Source: Octopus vulgaris
Taxonomy: Eukaryota
Reading direction: 5' to 3'
NCBI GenBank assembly: GCA_951406725.2
Contig: OX597826.1
Coordinates: forward strand, 34,348,001 to 34,412,000
Length of the DNA: 64,000 nt
Part shown: positions 12,143-25,640 of the stretch, piece after piece
Layout: each line of letters begins with the position of its first letter
How positions within the stretch are numbered: position 1 is the stretch's first letter
Notes under the pieces: model-generated
What the model saw: only the letters and a program-made list of their open reading frames with translations
Database searches by the model: none
Told to the model about the DNA's origin: nothing
Position numbers and translations under genes: made by a program

Positions 12143-14506
12143 ATGTTTTTGGAAACTAAAAGGAAAACTAAATCAGTATACCAAATCGCTTGTCCTATGG
12201 TTAATCTGGAAGCGCGTCCCCCAGGGAAGAGCCAGCCTGGGATCGAAAAGTCATCAACTGGCACAAACTCTTCTCCGAATACGGACATGGATGGTCACTT
12301 GAACGGGAAATCCCCCAACTCGAGCCCTCCAAGTTCACCACCACAACCACCACAGAAAGAAAAATGTAAGCGGAACAAATGGACCCGAGAAGAGTATAAA
12401 GAAGTAATATACGCTTATTACTATGCATTAGGTAGGCCATCTCAAGAGAGACACACCGCAAACTCTTACAGTATATGGAGAACACGGAATCAAGACAGTA
12501 GGCCCTATTTGGACGAGAACAAATTAGCAAATGTGAGGAGGGATATCCTTAGAAATAACAGACTCACAGACAGTGAAATAAGTGCGATCAAGCACGCAAC
12601 GGAAAATGACATAAATATAAGACACAAAGGAAATGAAGAATCAGATGAACAGTATAGCCCGCCACGAGGCTTAATTGAAAGACTGCCATCTGACCAAAGT
12701 ACGCAAAGGCCTGAAGATACAAGAAATTCTATTGTACCTGTTAAAGATAGCCAGGAAAACGAAAAAACAACAGTAACTGAAGATCTCGCATTTGCTGAAG
12801 AACACAGAGAGTCTATGGCAGAAATGAGGCAGAAAATCCTGAATACACTTGAAGTTGTAAGACATACAAGTATGAATGATAGAGAACCACTTCATAAACT
12901 CTCAAATACAAACCAAAATAAAAAACAAATCCAAATTGGCAACTATGTAACAAATGAAATAATACGAGAATTAAAACCTGATTTTACTGAGTTAAATGAA
13001 ATTATTTACGCTTCTGCTAGGGCAATTGAAACCAGCTGTATGCCCCCGAAAAAACAAAGAAAGCAAAACCTGGGAAGAAATCAAACCTGGAGAAGTAAAA
13101 TTGAAAAAGAGATTGAATTTATGAGAGGGGAAATATCAATATTAAATGAACTAATATGTGGAAATGATGTAAGATCCAGAACAGGAAGAAAGATGAAGAG
13201 AAAATTTGGATCCTCACCAAGAGAAGAACTGATATCAATAAAAGAAACGCTGAAACAAAAAGTCCAAGCAAAAGCCCAAAGAATACGAAGATTTGAGAAG
13301 AGAAACAAGTTTTACAAGCAAAATAAGCTGTTCACATCCAATGCCAAAAAATTCTACAGAGAAATAGGGAAGGAGAAAGTAACCGTTAAAGACCCCCCTC
13401 CCATGGAAGAAGTTCAAAACTTTTGGAAAAGTATTTGGAGTGACAAGAAGACGTACAACATAAATGCAGACTGGATTATACAAACTGAAGGATCCTACCA
13501 AAATTTACAACAACAAGCATGGGAAGACATCACAGTAGCAGACCTAAGAAAGGCACTCACGAAGGCCCATAATTGGAAATCCCCCGGTAAAGATAGGGTG
13601 CCGAATTTCTGGCTCGCATCGCTCCCATGCGCACACGGTAAGCTAGTTCAGCTGCTCAATGGAATTATGAGAGACCCAAAGAAAACACCTGAATGGTTAG
13701 CAAGTGGCATTACTTACCTACACCCAAAGAATAACGAAACCAACCTTCCAAAAAACTATCGGCCTATAACCTGTCTATCCACCACGTATAAAATCCTAAC
13801 ATCTATCCTGGCGGAGAAAACATATGCATTCATGGAGAAGAACGATATTTTCCCCATTGAACAAAAAGGGTGCCGCCGAGGCTCTTACGGATGCAAAGAT
13901 CAACTGCTAATCAATCGTATGATCCTTGAGAACTGTCACAACAAGCGCAGAAATCTCAGCACTGCATGGATTGACTATAAAAAGGCCTTCGACAGTATAC
14001 CGCATCCATGGATCTTGAGATCGCTGGACATCTTCAAAATTTCCCCTGTGATTTCAAACTTCCTGAAGCACAATATGTCGTTGTGGAATACGAATCTCCA
14101 ATTATACCACTCTAATGGAGTACTTGCCTCAGAAAATATAAACATCAACTGTGGAATTTTTCAAGGTGACTCACTTTCACCTTTAATATTCTGCATAGCC
14201 CTAATACCCCTTACAAGTGAATTAAACAGAACAGGGTATGGGTATAAAATTGCCAATAAAAAAATAAGCCATCTATTTTATATGGATGACTTAAAACTTT
14301 ATGGTAAAGACAATAATGAACTTGAAGGCCTATTGCGCACTGTGAAAGCATTCAGCGATGACATCGGGATGGAGTTTGGACTTGAGAAGTGTGCCAAGGC
14401 CACTTTCCAGAAAGGGAAAGTGAAGACCACAAATTCAGTCGTGTTAGATGTTGACACAGTCATAAGAGAGCTTAAATTCCTTAGCAGTTCCAGTTGTTAC
14501 TTATAG
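12143..14506 (+). pseudogene. R4/Dong ORF, N-terminal part: Myb-like domain and reverse transcriptase, frameshifted by a 152-bp deletion
   Basis: KRNKWTREEYKEVIYAYY (Myb-like), WKSPGKD, NYRPITCL, EQKG, WIDYKKAFDS, GIFQGDSLSP, FYMDD, GMEFGLEKC. Diverges from copy 2 after VIREL. Confidence 0.93.
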
Positions 14507-14513
14507 CTACAAT

Positions 14514-15662
14514 GTGTTGAACTGGAATATGAGTGAAGTAAAAAATATAGATAGGAAAATACGCAAGATGCACCACCCAAAGGCAGACGTAGATCGCCTT
14601 TACCTTCCCAGAGCCCAAGGAGGTCGAGGCCTGATCCAATTTGAACTAGCTTACAAAACAACCACAATTGGACTGGCCAAATATCTCGAAATATCGAATG
14701 ACTGGATGCTAAAGCTCGTGGAAAATCACGAGAGACGAAAGAAGCTTCATTCTATCATAAAGGAGAGCAAAAAATTTGCTATTGATCTCGTGCAGGATAC
14801 CCAAACAGAACAACCCGAGGGAAGTACGGCAATTATTGTTGCAAAGAAGGTGAAAATAATGGCAACGAAAAAAGCGCACGAGCAATTGGCTGATAGGTGG
14901 GAGGAGAAACCTCTGCACGGCAAATATGTGACCCGCAGCAAACAAGCTGATGTTGACCAGAAGCAAACCCATCAGTGGCTACGGAGCTCAGGGCTAAAAG
15001 CAGAAAGCGAAGGTTTCATCCTGGCTGCTCAAGATCAAAGCCTATTAACCCGGAACTACCAGGCCAATGTGATGAAAAATGGAGCAGACCCAAAATGCCG
15101 ATTCTGCAACGACATGATTGAAACAGTGGACCACCTAATCTCTGGATGTAAAGTCTTAGCTCCAGTGGAGTATAAATTAAGACATGACAGAGTTGGCCAA
15201 TATCTACACTGGCTAATAAGTCGGCATTACAATATCAAAACTGCCGACAAGTGGTATAATCACCACCCTGAGGCTGTAACTGAAGGAGAAAATGTAACCA
15301 TTCTGTGGGACTTTCCAATACATACAGACCGAACCATCAAGGCCAATAAACCAGATATTGTTGTGAAAGACCAAAACAATAAAGTTTGCTTATTGATCGA
15401 CATGAGCATCCCCTGTGATCATAATATCTCAGCGAAAGAGTTTGACAAGCTCAGAAAATATAAAGACCTACTCATTGAAATTGAGAAAATGTGGCATCTC
15501 AAGGCGGTTACAATACCAGTGATCGTAGGAGCACTAGGAATGATCAAGAAGGGAACCGAAAATTATATGAGAATGATCCCTGGCTTACCATCCCTGCAAG
15601 AAGTGCAAAAGATTGTCTTAACTGGTACATCACACGTATTGAGAAGAGCATTGTCGATGTGA
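14514..15662 (+). pseudogene. R4/Dong ORF, C-terminal part: thumb, CCHC zinc knuckle, restriction-like endonuclease
   Basis: LYLPRAQGGRGL, CRFC..ETVDHLISGC, RHD, KPDIV..LIDMSIP..EFDKLRKYKDL, PVIVGALG; the start codon is an artefact of the frameshift. Confidence 0.93.
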
Positions 15663-15844
15663 GAACTGTTGCTGCTCATGTATTTTAATTTAACTTAAAA
15701 AAAAAATAAATAAAAAATAAAAAAATGAACGAACTATTGAGTTTGGTTTAATGGCCTACCAATGTATACTATGAGTTTCTTTGCCCTAGGAGTCGGGAAG
15801 ACACTCGGCAAGAAATGGAAGCAAATTTGAAAGAAGAAAAAAAA

Positions 15845-15877
<33 letters not shown>

Positions 15878-15884
<7 letters not shown>

Positions 15885-16394
15885 GATGGTATAGGCACAC
15901 ACCAGAAAAGGTCACAGAAAACGAGAAAGCAACCATACTCTGGGATATGCCGATACACACAGATAGAGAAATTAAGGCCAACAGACCAGATATAGTTGTC
16001 AGAGATCATGAAGAAAAAAAATGCTTTCTAATTGATGTATCAATACCGGCAGATGACAACGTGTCTCTAAAAGAAATGGAGAAACTCTCAAAATACAAAG
16101 ACCTGGAAATAGAGGTAACTAGAATGTGGAACCTGAAAACAGAAACAATTCCTATCATAGTAGGTGCATTAGGCATGATAAAAAAATATTCAGACAAATA
16201 CATAACAAAAACACCAGGACTTACAAACACATATAACATACAGAAAATTGCACTACTAGGCACTGCACACATCCTACGCAGAACACTTTCCATACAATAA
16301 CCATCAGAGCATCACAACAAATCACAGCACATACCCAAGGCACACAGAGCTGCGCTCGGTAGTGAAGTGAAAGCACGCTATAAAAATAAAACTA

Positions 16395-16397
<3 letters not shown>
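15878..16397 (+). mobile_element. 5'-truncated R4/Dong LINE (family B), RLE domain and 3' UTR
   Basis: Open frame WYRHTPE..ILWDMPIHTDREIKANRPDIV..IDVSIP..EKLSKYKDL..PIIVGALG, between two (TAA)n tracts. Confidence 0.92.
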
Positions 16398-16443
<46 letters not shown>

Positions 16444-16456
16444 TCATTATTATCAA

Positions 16457-17430
16457 CATGTTCAAAAGTAATCCCCAAAATTTTCACAGGAGATAGGGAA
16501 AATAGCAGTTATAGTAAACTCTGTCCCATCAAAAGAAGTGCAAGAATTTTGGAATAAAATTTGGGCAGAAGAAAAAAAAACACAATGAAAAGGCCCCTTG
16601 GATTGATAGAATATCTACAGACTTAGACTCCTTAGTAGATCTAAAGTGTTGGAGGATATCACGGTAGATGATATAAAATCTGCTCTGAGGAAGTCAAGGA
16701 AATGGAAGTCTCCAGGAAAGGATAAAATTCCTAACTTCTGGTTGAATAGCTTCCCAGAGAGTCATGGACTGCTAACTAAACTTTACAACAATGTTTTGCA
16801 ACAACCTAGTATGATTCTCCCTTGGCTAGTTAGTAGTGTAACATTCCTACTGCCAAAAATTAAGAAACAAATGAACCAAAAAATTATAGACCCTTAATCT
16901 GCTTAACAACAATGTGTCAAATACTAACATTTGTCTTGACTGAATATACCTATAGCTTTTAATAGAAAGTGGCATATTCCCTAATGAGCAAAAAGGATGT
17001 AAACGTGGGTCCTATAATTGTAATAATCAGCTACTCATCAATAAGATGATCTTGGAAGATTATCACAAACGACACAAAAACTTGTCGATAGGTTGGGCAG
17101 ATTATATAAAAAGCTTTCGATAATCTACCACGTAGCTGGATTAATAAATGTCTGGAAATAAATGAAATAGCACCTGCTCTGCACTGCGAAACTTCTTGTC
17201 TGTGCTTAAGTGATCATGGAGAACCACACTGAGTTTGAACAGTAGCGATGAATCTCTCAATGCTGTAAATGTAAGAATTTCATGCGGCATTTTCCAGCGA
17301 GACTCTCTATCACCACCCCTCTTTTGTGTAGACTTAATGCCTCTCTCGAAATTGCTCGATTATGTACAATACAGCTATAAAATTTTTGATGAAAATATAA
17401 ATAATCTCAATTACATGGATGATTTTTAAA
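16457..17430 (+). mobile_element. degenerate R4/Dong RT fragment
   Basis: WKSPGKDKIPNFWL, EQKGCKRGSY, CGIFQRDSLSP, NYMDD, with frameshifts and stops. Confidence 0.88.
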
Positions 17431-17624
17431 ATGACGAACAGCTACATCTGAGGCAAAGACAAGGAGCACAGGAAGGATGCTGGGTGCTTGCGAGTACTGA
17501 AACAAACAGTAGTCTGTTCAAAACAGGCAGAACTAGTCATTTCAGTTAGGGAAGTGAAGGAAATCAGCAAAACAAAAAGTGTGCAACTTGAAGGCCCCGG
17601 GTCCAGATGGTAGGGAAAATTCAA

Positions 17625-18471
17625 ATGGCCGCCTTAGGGTTACATCAAAAACAAAGAGCGATGATGGAATTTCTTGTTGCTGAAGAGGAAACCCCTGTGA
17701 ACATTCACTGACGATTACAAAATGTCTTTGGAGACAATACTTTAGGTTATAGCAATGTATGAAGGTGTCTCCGTCGTCTGAAAGATGAAAAGGTGGGAAC
17801 TGTGAGTGTAACCGATAAACCCCGTTCTGGCCGTCCGTCCGTCCGCTTCTGTGAATCCTGCCAATAAAGCAAAAACAGATGGTCTGATCACAGAAGACAA
17901 GCGCATAACTCTTGATGAGTTGGCAGGAAACATTGAAGTGAGCCATGGAGGTGCTTACAACATTGTCGGATCACTTGGCTTTTCAAAAGTGTGTGCCTGT
18001 ATGATATTGAGGAAGCTGATTTCCGAACGCAAGACTGACAGGGTAAATGCCTGCACTTGAACATCTCGAACAAAGTCAAAGAGACAACACCTTCTTTCGA
18101 AGGCTCGTAACAGGTGATGAAACATGGGTTCATCATTACGAACCGGAATCAAAGAGGAATGCTGCCACTCTACGTCACCACTACCGAAAAAGATTAAGTC
18201 ACAAAAGTCAGCTGGAAAATCATAGCGACTGACTTTTGGGATGCTCAAGGTCTCATTCTGGTCAATTTCTTGCCAAAAGGAAAAACAATAAACTCTGAGG
18301 CCTATATTGAAACCCTGGCGAGACTCAGAGCAAGAATCCGGTGAGTAAAACCCAACTTGCCAATCGACAATGTCCTCCTTCTGCTTGACAAATCTCGACC
18401 ACACACAGAAGCATCACGACAAGGGAGACAATAGCCTCATTCGGGTTGACAACTTTACCGCATCTTCCATA
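17625..18471 (+). mobile_element. mariner (DD34D-type) transposase pseudogene
   Basis: KQRAMMEFLVAE..NIH.RLQNVFG (HTH), LITEDKRITLDELA, LGFSKVCA, LVTGDETWVHHYEPESKR, ending at PHLPY just before SPDL; multiple stops. Confidence 0.9.
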
Positions 18472-18579
18472 CATGTATGTGTGTGTGTGTATTCTATATT
18501 TAGAAGGATATGAAGATTGCCATACGGTCTAAATTCTACTTATTTTACTAATATATAGTTTTTAAGAGTCTGCCAACTA

Positions 18580-18750
18580 TTTGCGAAGACAAAGTTTGAA
18601 GAGTAACTCTTTACATTGTACATTGCTGGCAGTTGGATTTGGGTGGCAAGTGATGAGTGGATGCCTGCAACTGATGGAGCAAATGTGCTCTGAAATCACG
18701 GGATATAGCAGTTCTACCACCCCTGCATATTGATACTTCTTTCGTCGCTT
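18580..18750 (-). mobile_element. possible Penelope GIY-YIG endonuclease remnant
   Basis: YQYAGVVELLYPVISEHICSISCRHPLITCHPN resembles YIGET..L..RI.EH...I....V..HFN. Confidence 0.4.
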
Positions 18751-18807
18751 ATAAACACATACACACATGCATACACAGGTACATACATACATGCATACAT
18801 ACCTACA

Positions 18808-18887
<80 letters not shown>

Positions 18888-19464
18888 TTGACACACACGC
18901 GATAGATAGATTGATAAACACGCAAACACACATATATATATACATAGCTCATTTGTAGATGCATGCACACTCTTCTATACATCAATCATATATATATATA
19001 TATATCAAGAATCCTTAGAAGTGTATGAAAATGATTAATTTCTGAATAATGACAATAAATATGCAATGCATCTGGGTAATGCCAAAGAAAAACTAAAGCA
19101 AATGTCGTTTGACTGTTGGGATGTCTACCTCTACACCCAACAAAACATGTTCTTTGGTGTCAAAGGATTGAGTTATTGCATCGCAAATGACATTTCGTAT
19201 TATTCAACTCGCCTCTCATATTTCATTTCTATACTTTCTTTTTGTCATTTGGTGTCTTTTCTGTTCCTTTTTCTCTTTTCTCTTCCTCTTTTATTTTCCC
19301 TTCTCCAAGCATTTCTCTCCTCGAAATAACTGAAACGATCCCACGAATTTGCTTTTATACAGATATATATTCTCACTGACACGCAAGCACAAGCGCACGC
19401 GTATATAATTGTATTATATTATGTAAACACACACACAAATATATATATCTATATATATATCTAT

Positions 19465-19541
<77 letters not shown>

Positions 19542-20257
19542 TACATACATAGATATGTACATATCCAAGTATGTTTAAACATACACATATGTTTGTAGAG
19601 TCATATAAAAAATTGCATAAATACATGCACATACTCGCGCACTCATAAACATATCCTCCTTGTTTCTAATTACCTAATTATTTTGAAATTTGTGCAATGC
19701 TGAGTTAACATTTTATAGTTTATTTCTCATTTAATATTTATATTTATTATCTCCGTTAGTTTCTGTCGTGTTCATTCTCTTCTTACCGACACCCAAAATG
19801 TCAGGAATTAAGTCAAAATTTCTATACATCACATTCCATTGTGACTGAGATCTCTGCAACTGGCAGCATTCTTTAAATGTTACCCAGAAGAATTTCTGCC
19901 GACCATTCCAATCCTTTGGGATTTATATGCTCACTTACTCATAGTGATGATAAATCTATTACAAATAAAACCCATAAAATACAAATAAGTGAAATAACAT
20001 ATACAGTGAACGAGTTATGTAAGTCCTGGCAGTTGCAACCGGAGGCGTATGGCGTAGCTGCTGCCATTGATCATCTCTTTATATCTCTTCCTTTCTCTGC
20101 ACATGTACGCAGATGTGAGTCTGTGTGTATGTATATGTAAAATGTATATATATATGTATGTGTGTATATATACATACATATATAAAATATATACATATAT
20201 GTATCTCATATATATATATATATATTTATATATGTATGTACGCATGAAATATATATG

Positions 20258-20319
<62 letters not shown>

Positions 20320-21762
20320 AAGAGTGAGAGATATAGCGTGCATTAAGTGAGAATTCTTGAAGCATTTTATTCTGTAAGGAGTATATAGATAAAATATTTC
20401 ATGAAACGGTCGTAGAAATGAGCCACATTAAGGATGATACTATGCCGAATGATATTCCTATCAGATAGGTTTTAGTGCAACGTACATAAAGATAATTGGT
20501 CTTGAAGATTACAAAATAATCAAAACTACGCGAAAAGACGCTCCTGTGTGCTTGCCACCGCCACTGGAAATATTGTTGTGTTCGAGTAAATTTGCTATAA
20601 GTGCAGTGAGAAGTGCATATTTACAATTATATCCGAACTTATATCACAATAGAAGATTTAACTATGTCTTAGCAAATTCTGATCATACATTTTTCGCCTT
20701 GAAGCGATATATTTGTAAAATCTTATTAAAACACCTACAGATTTTTCCGTTTTTTCATTTTCCTAACTTCCTTTGTTATAAGGAATATAATTCCACCAAT
20801 TAATTTATCACTTATTTCATTATGAAAATCATTCGTGAATTAAGAGAATAAACTCAGTGGGTAGCTTACTTTACTAGCTAACTATATAAATGGCGCGTTC
20901 TCTGTATCCCATTGAATAAATGTCTGCGTGCCTCTGTGTATTTGTGTTCGCGTGTGTGTGCGTACGTATGTGTGCGTATGCGCGCGTTCGTGTATATGTG
21001 TGTGTGAGAGCGTCTCTTTATATACCTAAGCACAGGCAATAAACATACTGTTGTGTTTATCAGACATAATGTTATGTTTATCAGAGAAAATGTGAGTTCA
21101 TGTGAATAAGTACCAATTATTTTTCAGCAAGTTAATATAGGACTGGGTTTTAGTACACATGTTTATGTACGTGGCAGTGAATTTGCCTGTGTTTGTGATA
21201 TTCGGATATTTTTGTATATGTGTTTGTGAGCATTTATATATAACTACGTGTTGCCGATAATTTTGACAAATTATTAATAAAAAAACATCCCTAAGAATTT
21301 ATTTCCTAATTCACCAATTTTTTGTCCAATACAGAAAACTTGTTTAATTAAATAATTTCTTTAGAATCTGATATTTTCGAAATATTTTCCAGTCAACTCT
21401 CTCGACATTTCCAAGCAAAAATTTAATTATGAATTAAGAGAAATATAAATATTTATAACGAATAATTTTTGTACATCTTGTTTTAGTATTTCATCAAACC
21501 AGTTATTCTGTTAGTGTAGTAAGAATAGCAATTAAATATAATGTAGCAAATTGAAAGCAATAAACCGACAGTAACATTTTAAATAAGATTATTATATCAA
21601 TATATTCAAGACCATGGCTTGGTCCACAAGAAATACACCTATCACGTAAGAAATACACCTATCACAGATATCATTAACATCGTCATGCTCACTATCTTGT
21701 TTATGCTAATGTAGTTTCATTTTCCTGCACTACGTTTTATCTATTAATATCTTCATGTATTG

Positions 21763-21978
21763 AAGCGGGGAACTTACAGAATCGTCAGCACGCCGGAGGA
21801 AAAGCTTGGTGTCATTTCGTCCGACTTTACATTCTGAGTTCAAATTCCGCCGAGGTCGACTTTGCCTTTTATCCTTTCGACGGCGGTAGAATAAGTACCA
21901 GTTATGTACTGGGGTCGATATAATCGAATTATACCCTACCCACGAAATTGCTGGCCTTCTGCCAAAATTTGAAACCTA
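21763..21978 (+). mobile_element. Deu/Nin-like tRNA SINE
   Basis: gagttcaaattccgccgaggtcgactttgccttt..aagtaccagtt..ggggtcgat; same family as 6111-6327. Confidence 0.85.
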
Positions 21979-22608
21979 TATATTTGTACAGGTATCTGTA
22001 AGTCTGTACTCTTAGATCTACCTATGCAACATACCTTTATGCATTACTCCGAATGTTTGATTTGTTTGTTCGACCGCCAACCAATATTTCTAATCTGTTT
22101 CGCATTATTTCAATAACTTTGGGGAAAAGCTGATCACTTGTCAAATCATTTTACATTATTGGCGTGCTTTTTGCTATTTTGTATCTATTGTGAAACAAGA
22201 AAGAAAATAAATACTGTTTGGAAATGATGTAACAGCAACAATTATCGTTTTAAAAAATAAAATGATTTTATTCTGTTATCACGTAAGCTAATACAATATG
22301 TTTTAACTATTATATCCAGAGAAACATCTATGTTGTATAATATAAGTGAGATGCGAAATCTATGGGGTAAGCTATAACTAGAATATTTGCAATTTTCAAA
22401 AGTCTCATATTGTTTTAACCTTAAATATATTTGAAGCAAATTCTATTTTTTCTTTTCAATTTCTGGTTTAATTTGCATCAAATCGCTTCAGTTATCGAAA
22501 AATGTATGAAAGTTATCAGTCTGGAGATTAGTCTGTAGGACTGAGAGTGTATGGTAGGTATCTTGCTATCACTTTCATATGACATATTTAGTAAATGTTT
22601 GATCGGAT

Positions 22609-22659
<51 letters not shown>

Positions 22660-24914
22660 AAAGTTTTAGTTATGCAGCTTTAAAGAGAATATATGCTGCG
22701 GAGCTGAAGAAGATCCTGAACACTTAAGAAAAGCTTGGTGAGAAGTAAGAATAATTGTTGTTACTTCTCACCAAGGATTACAAACAGAATATGTTGCTGA
22801 AAAATTATAAGTAGTGGTTAATAATCGTGTCAACTAGATTGCAATTTGCACAGGGCAGAGTTGTTAGAAAGTTATTCAAGTAAATAAATTAAATCTTAAT
22901 TCTTAATACAGGGGAAATTCATTTGGTTGCCATTGGATCAACGGAGGTTCATTTTGCTAATATGCAACACCAGCCGTTTCCTTCTGCCAATAAGCAACAC
23001 AAGGCGTTTCCTTTCTTATTGTGAAAGTGACGCTTGTGAGATGCCACATCTGTTTGTGCATGAAGAATCTTTCCATTGAAATACGAGAAAGAAGCACGAC
23101 CCTCATTTATCTCTTCCTCTCTAAAATATTAAACAAATTTATGCAAAATGTGTTACGCAGTGTTACAGTGTTAAAGTGAATCAGGATTGCTTTCGAAATG
23201 TTTTCCAAAAATACATACAAAGGATTTAATACGAACAATGATCAAATACATTTCGAAAATTGTCTGCAGGTGCTTTGTGTTACGTTACACTGCAGTAGCT
23301 TACTGACGGAAAATAAATAACAGACACAAACATACCTAAAAAGAAAGAAATAGAATATAGAATTACTGAAATCAAACCAAATATAGGAATTCTGAAGTGC
23401 AAGAATCCTCAAAGGGGTTTAAAAAACTGGAGGGTAGTATTACATTTAGCGATTAATCGAGAGATGCGTTTAAAATTCATTAGGAACATAGCCAAAAGCA
23501 AGACATTATCTAAGTTGCCAAAAGCTTCTGCTTAATAATAAGTAAACTGTAAGTAACTGAAACAAAAGATTAGTAGGCAGACACAATCCTTTCAATAGAT
23601 AGATACACGCACGCACACATACACACGCATAGATACACAAAAATTTATACATACTAAATATGAATATATACATGTAGCTAGTTGAACATCTAATGTGGTT
23701 TTAGAGTCAAGTTTTGGGTGCTATTTCCAGCATGGTGGTATTTCTTAGATACCCTAATTTATAATTTATAGATAGATAGATAGATAGATACGTGTGACTA
23801 GTTGCTTGTAACTTTATATTTATATATTATTTATATTATTATATATATACATATATACATATATATGTGTATATATATATGCGAGTGTGTACATATATAC
23901 ATATATATATATATATATATGCATACTTAGACTTCAGGTATAGGTCTAGTTGAATGTCCATTAAATCACATTCACCGTTTGGGCTAACTGATATAAATTT
24001 CACTGGATATAGGATATCTAGAACATGCCATGAAGATCTCAGTATATTTCGTGGGATATCCTTTTGTACACCAAGCACCTAAAGTGACACAACCTGCCGT
24101 GACTGATGCAACAAAACCAGATACACAATATGCTACCTTTGTAGAACAAATGTAGGATGAGTCGAAACGGTTGTGGTGCTGAATAAAGATCCGTTTCTTC
24201 TATCAACTATATGTATGTATGTATGTTTGTATGTATGTCTTTATGTACGTATGTATGTATGTATGTACGTATACGCATACACGGTGAGACATATCCCTCC
24301 TCTCTCTCCCCCTCTCTCGCATACACACAGAGCGAAACAAAGGTTGCTTTAAAGGGAAAATAGAAAGTAGCTAGAAAAAAGCAATGCGTACCGTATATCA
24401 ATATAGCATAATTGTTGATGCTAATAAATTCAATTGTTATGTTTAAGGAGTTTCTAGCAAAAACATTAAGCAGGTTCTAAAATTATATACTAATAAAATT
24501 TGGCAAGTTTAAAATTGATGCAGCAATTTTCTTACAAAAGCATTTCCCCATACCTCTTTAAGGGAATAAAAAAGACGATGTAAGGGTTCGGTAAAATATG
24601 CTTTCACATTGATATAGATCTTTAAAAGAATGTCTTATTTTATTATTCATTTTATATATAGAAAAAGCAAAATTAGTATTCATGCAAGGAATATATTGTC
24701 AATTTGAATTTTCAAACATCAAAGAAATTTTATTCACTAATTATAGATATATGTGTGGCGGTATACATACGAATTCACTTATATACACATACAGCACAAA
24801 TACAAGCACAACATAGACGCGTGTGTACATTCATACATATAAATACATAGATTTTTCTCTCTGTCTCTCACATTCACTATATATTCATACATATATACGT
24901 ATATACATATATAT

Positions 24915-25050
<136 letters not shown>

Positions 25051-25199
25051 TTTGATCCAAGTCCGAGTTTCTGAATATATATAAATAAATCAATATATAG
25101 AGATAAATATAAATAAATAAATAAATATATCGATAGACAGATACATCATTCGATCAATAGCTACGTAGAGAAATATTCTGAGATCTGATTTTCGCAGTG

Positions 25200-25285
25200 A
25201 TTTTTCAATATAATCTGAGTAACATTCAGAAATCAGTTTCCAGTTAATTTTAAACGGAGCGTTTTATAATAACACATACAAGCAT

Positions 25286-25329
<44 letters not shown>

Positions 25330-25330
25330 T

Positions 25331-25391
<61 letters not shown>

Positions 25392-25477
25392 ATGCTTGTA
25401 TGTGTTATTATAAAACGCTCCGTTTAAAATTAACTGGAAACTGAACTCTGAATGTTACTCAGATTATATTGAAAAAT
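25200..25477. repeat. near-perfect inverted repeat around a (CA)n-(TA)n-(TG)n core
   Basis: 25200-25290 is the reverse complement of 25387-25477 with 2 mismatches. Confidence 0.92.
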
Positions 25478-25481
25478 ACAT

Positions 25482-25530
<49 letters not shown>

Positions 25531-25540
25531 ACGTGTGTGC

Positions 25541-25571
<31 letters not shown>

Positions 25572-25640
25572 CATGTGCATGTATGTGTTATGCTTCGTTT
25601 AAAATTAACTGGAAAATGAACTGTGAATGATACACACACA

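Larger units (their letters stand above)
12034..15845 (+). mobile_element. near full-length R4/Dong-clade non-LTR retrotransposon (family A, copy 1) inserted in (TAA)n
   Basis: Flanked by TAA repeats on both sides; single-ORF architecture Myb-like / RT / CCHC / RLE; two internal deletions relative to copy 2. Confidence 0.95.

Noticed and set aside
14470-14575. Deletions in the R4/Dong copy as spliced introns or programmed frameshift
   Set aside because: The deleted segments lack GT-AG ends on either strand and show microhomology; ordinary deletions
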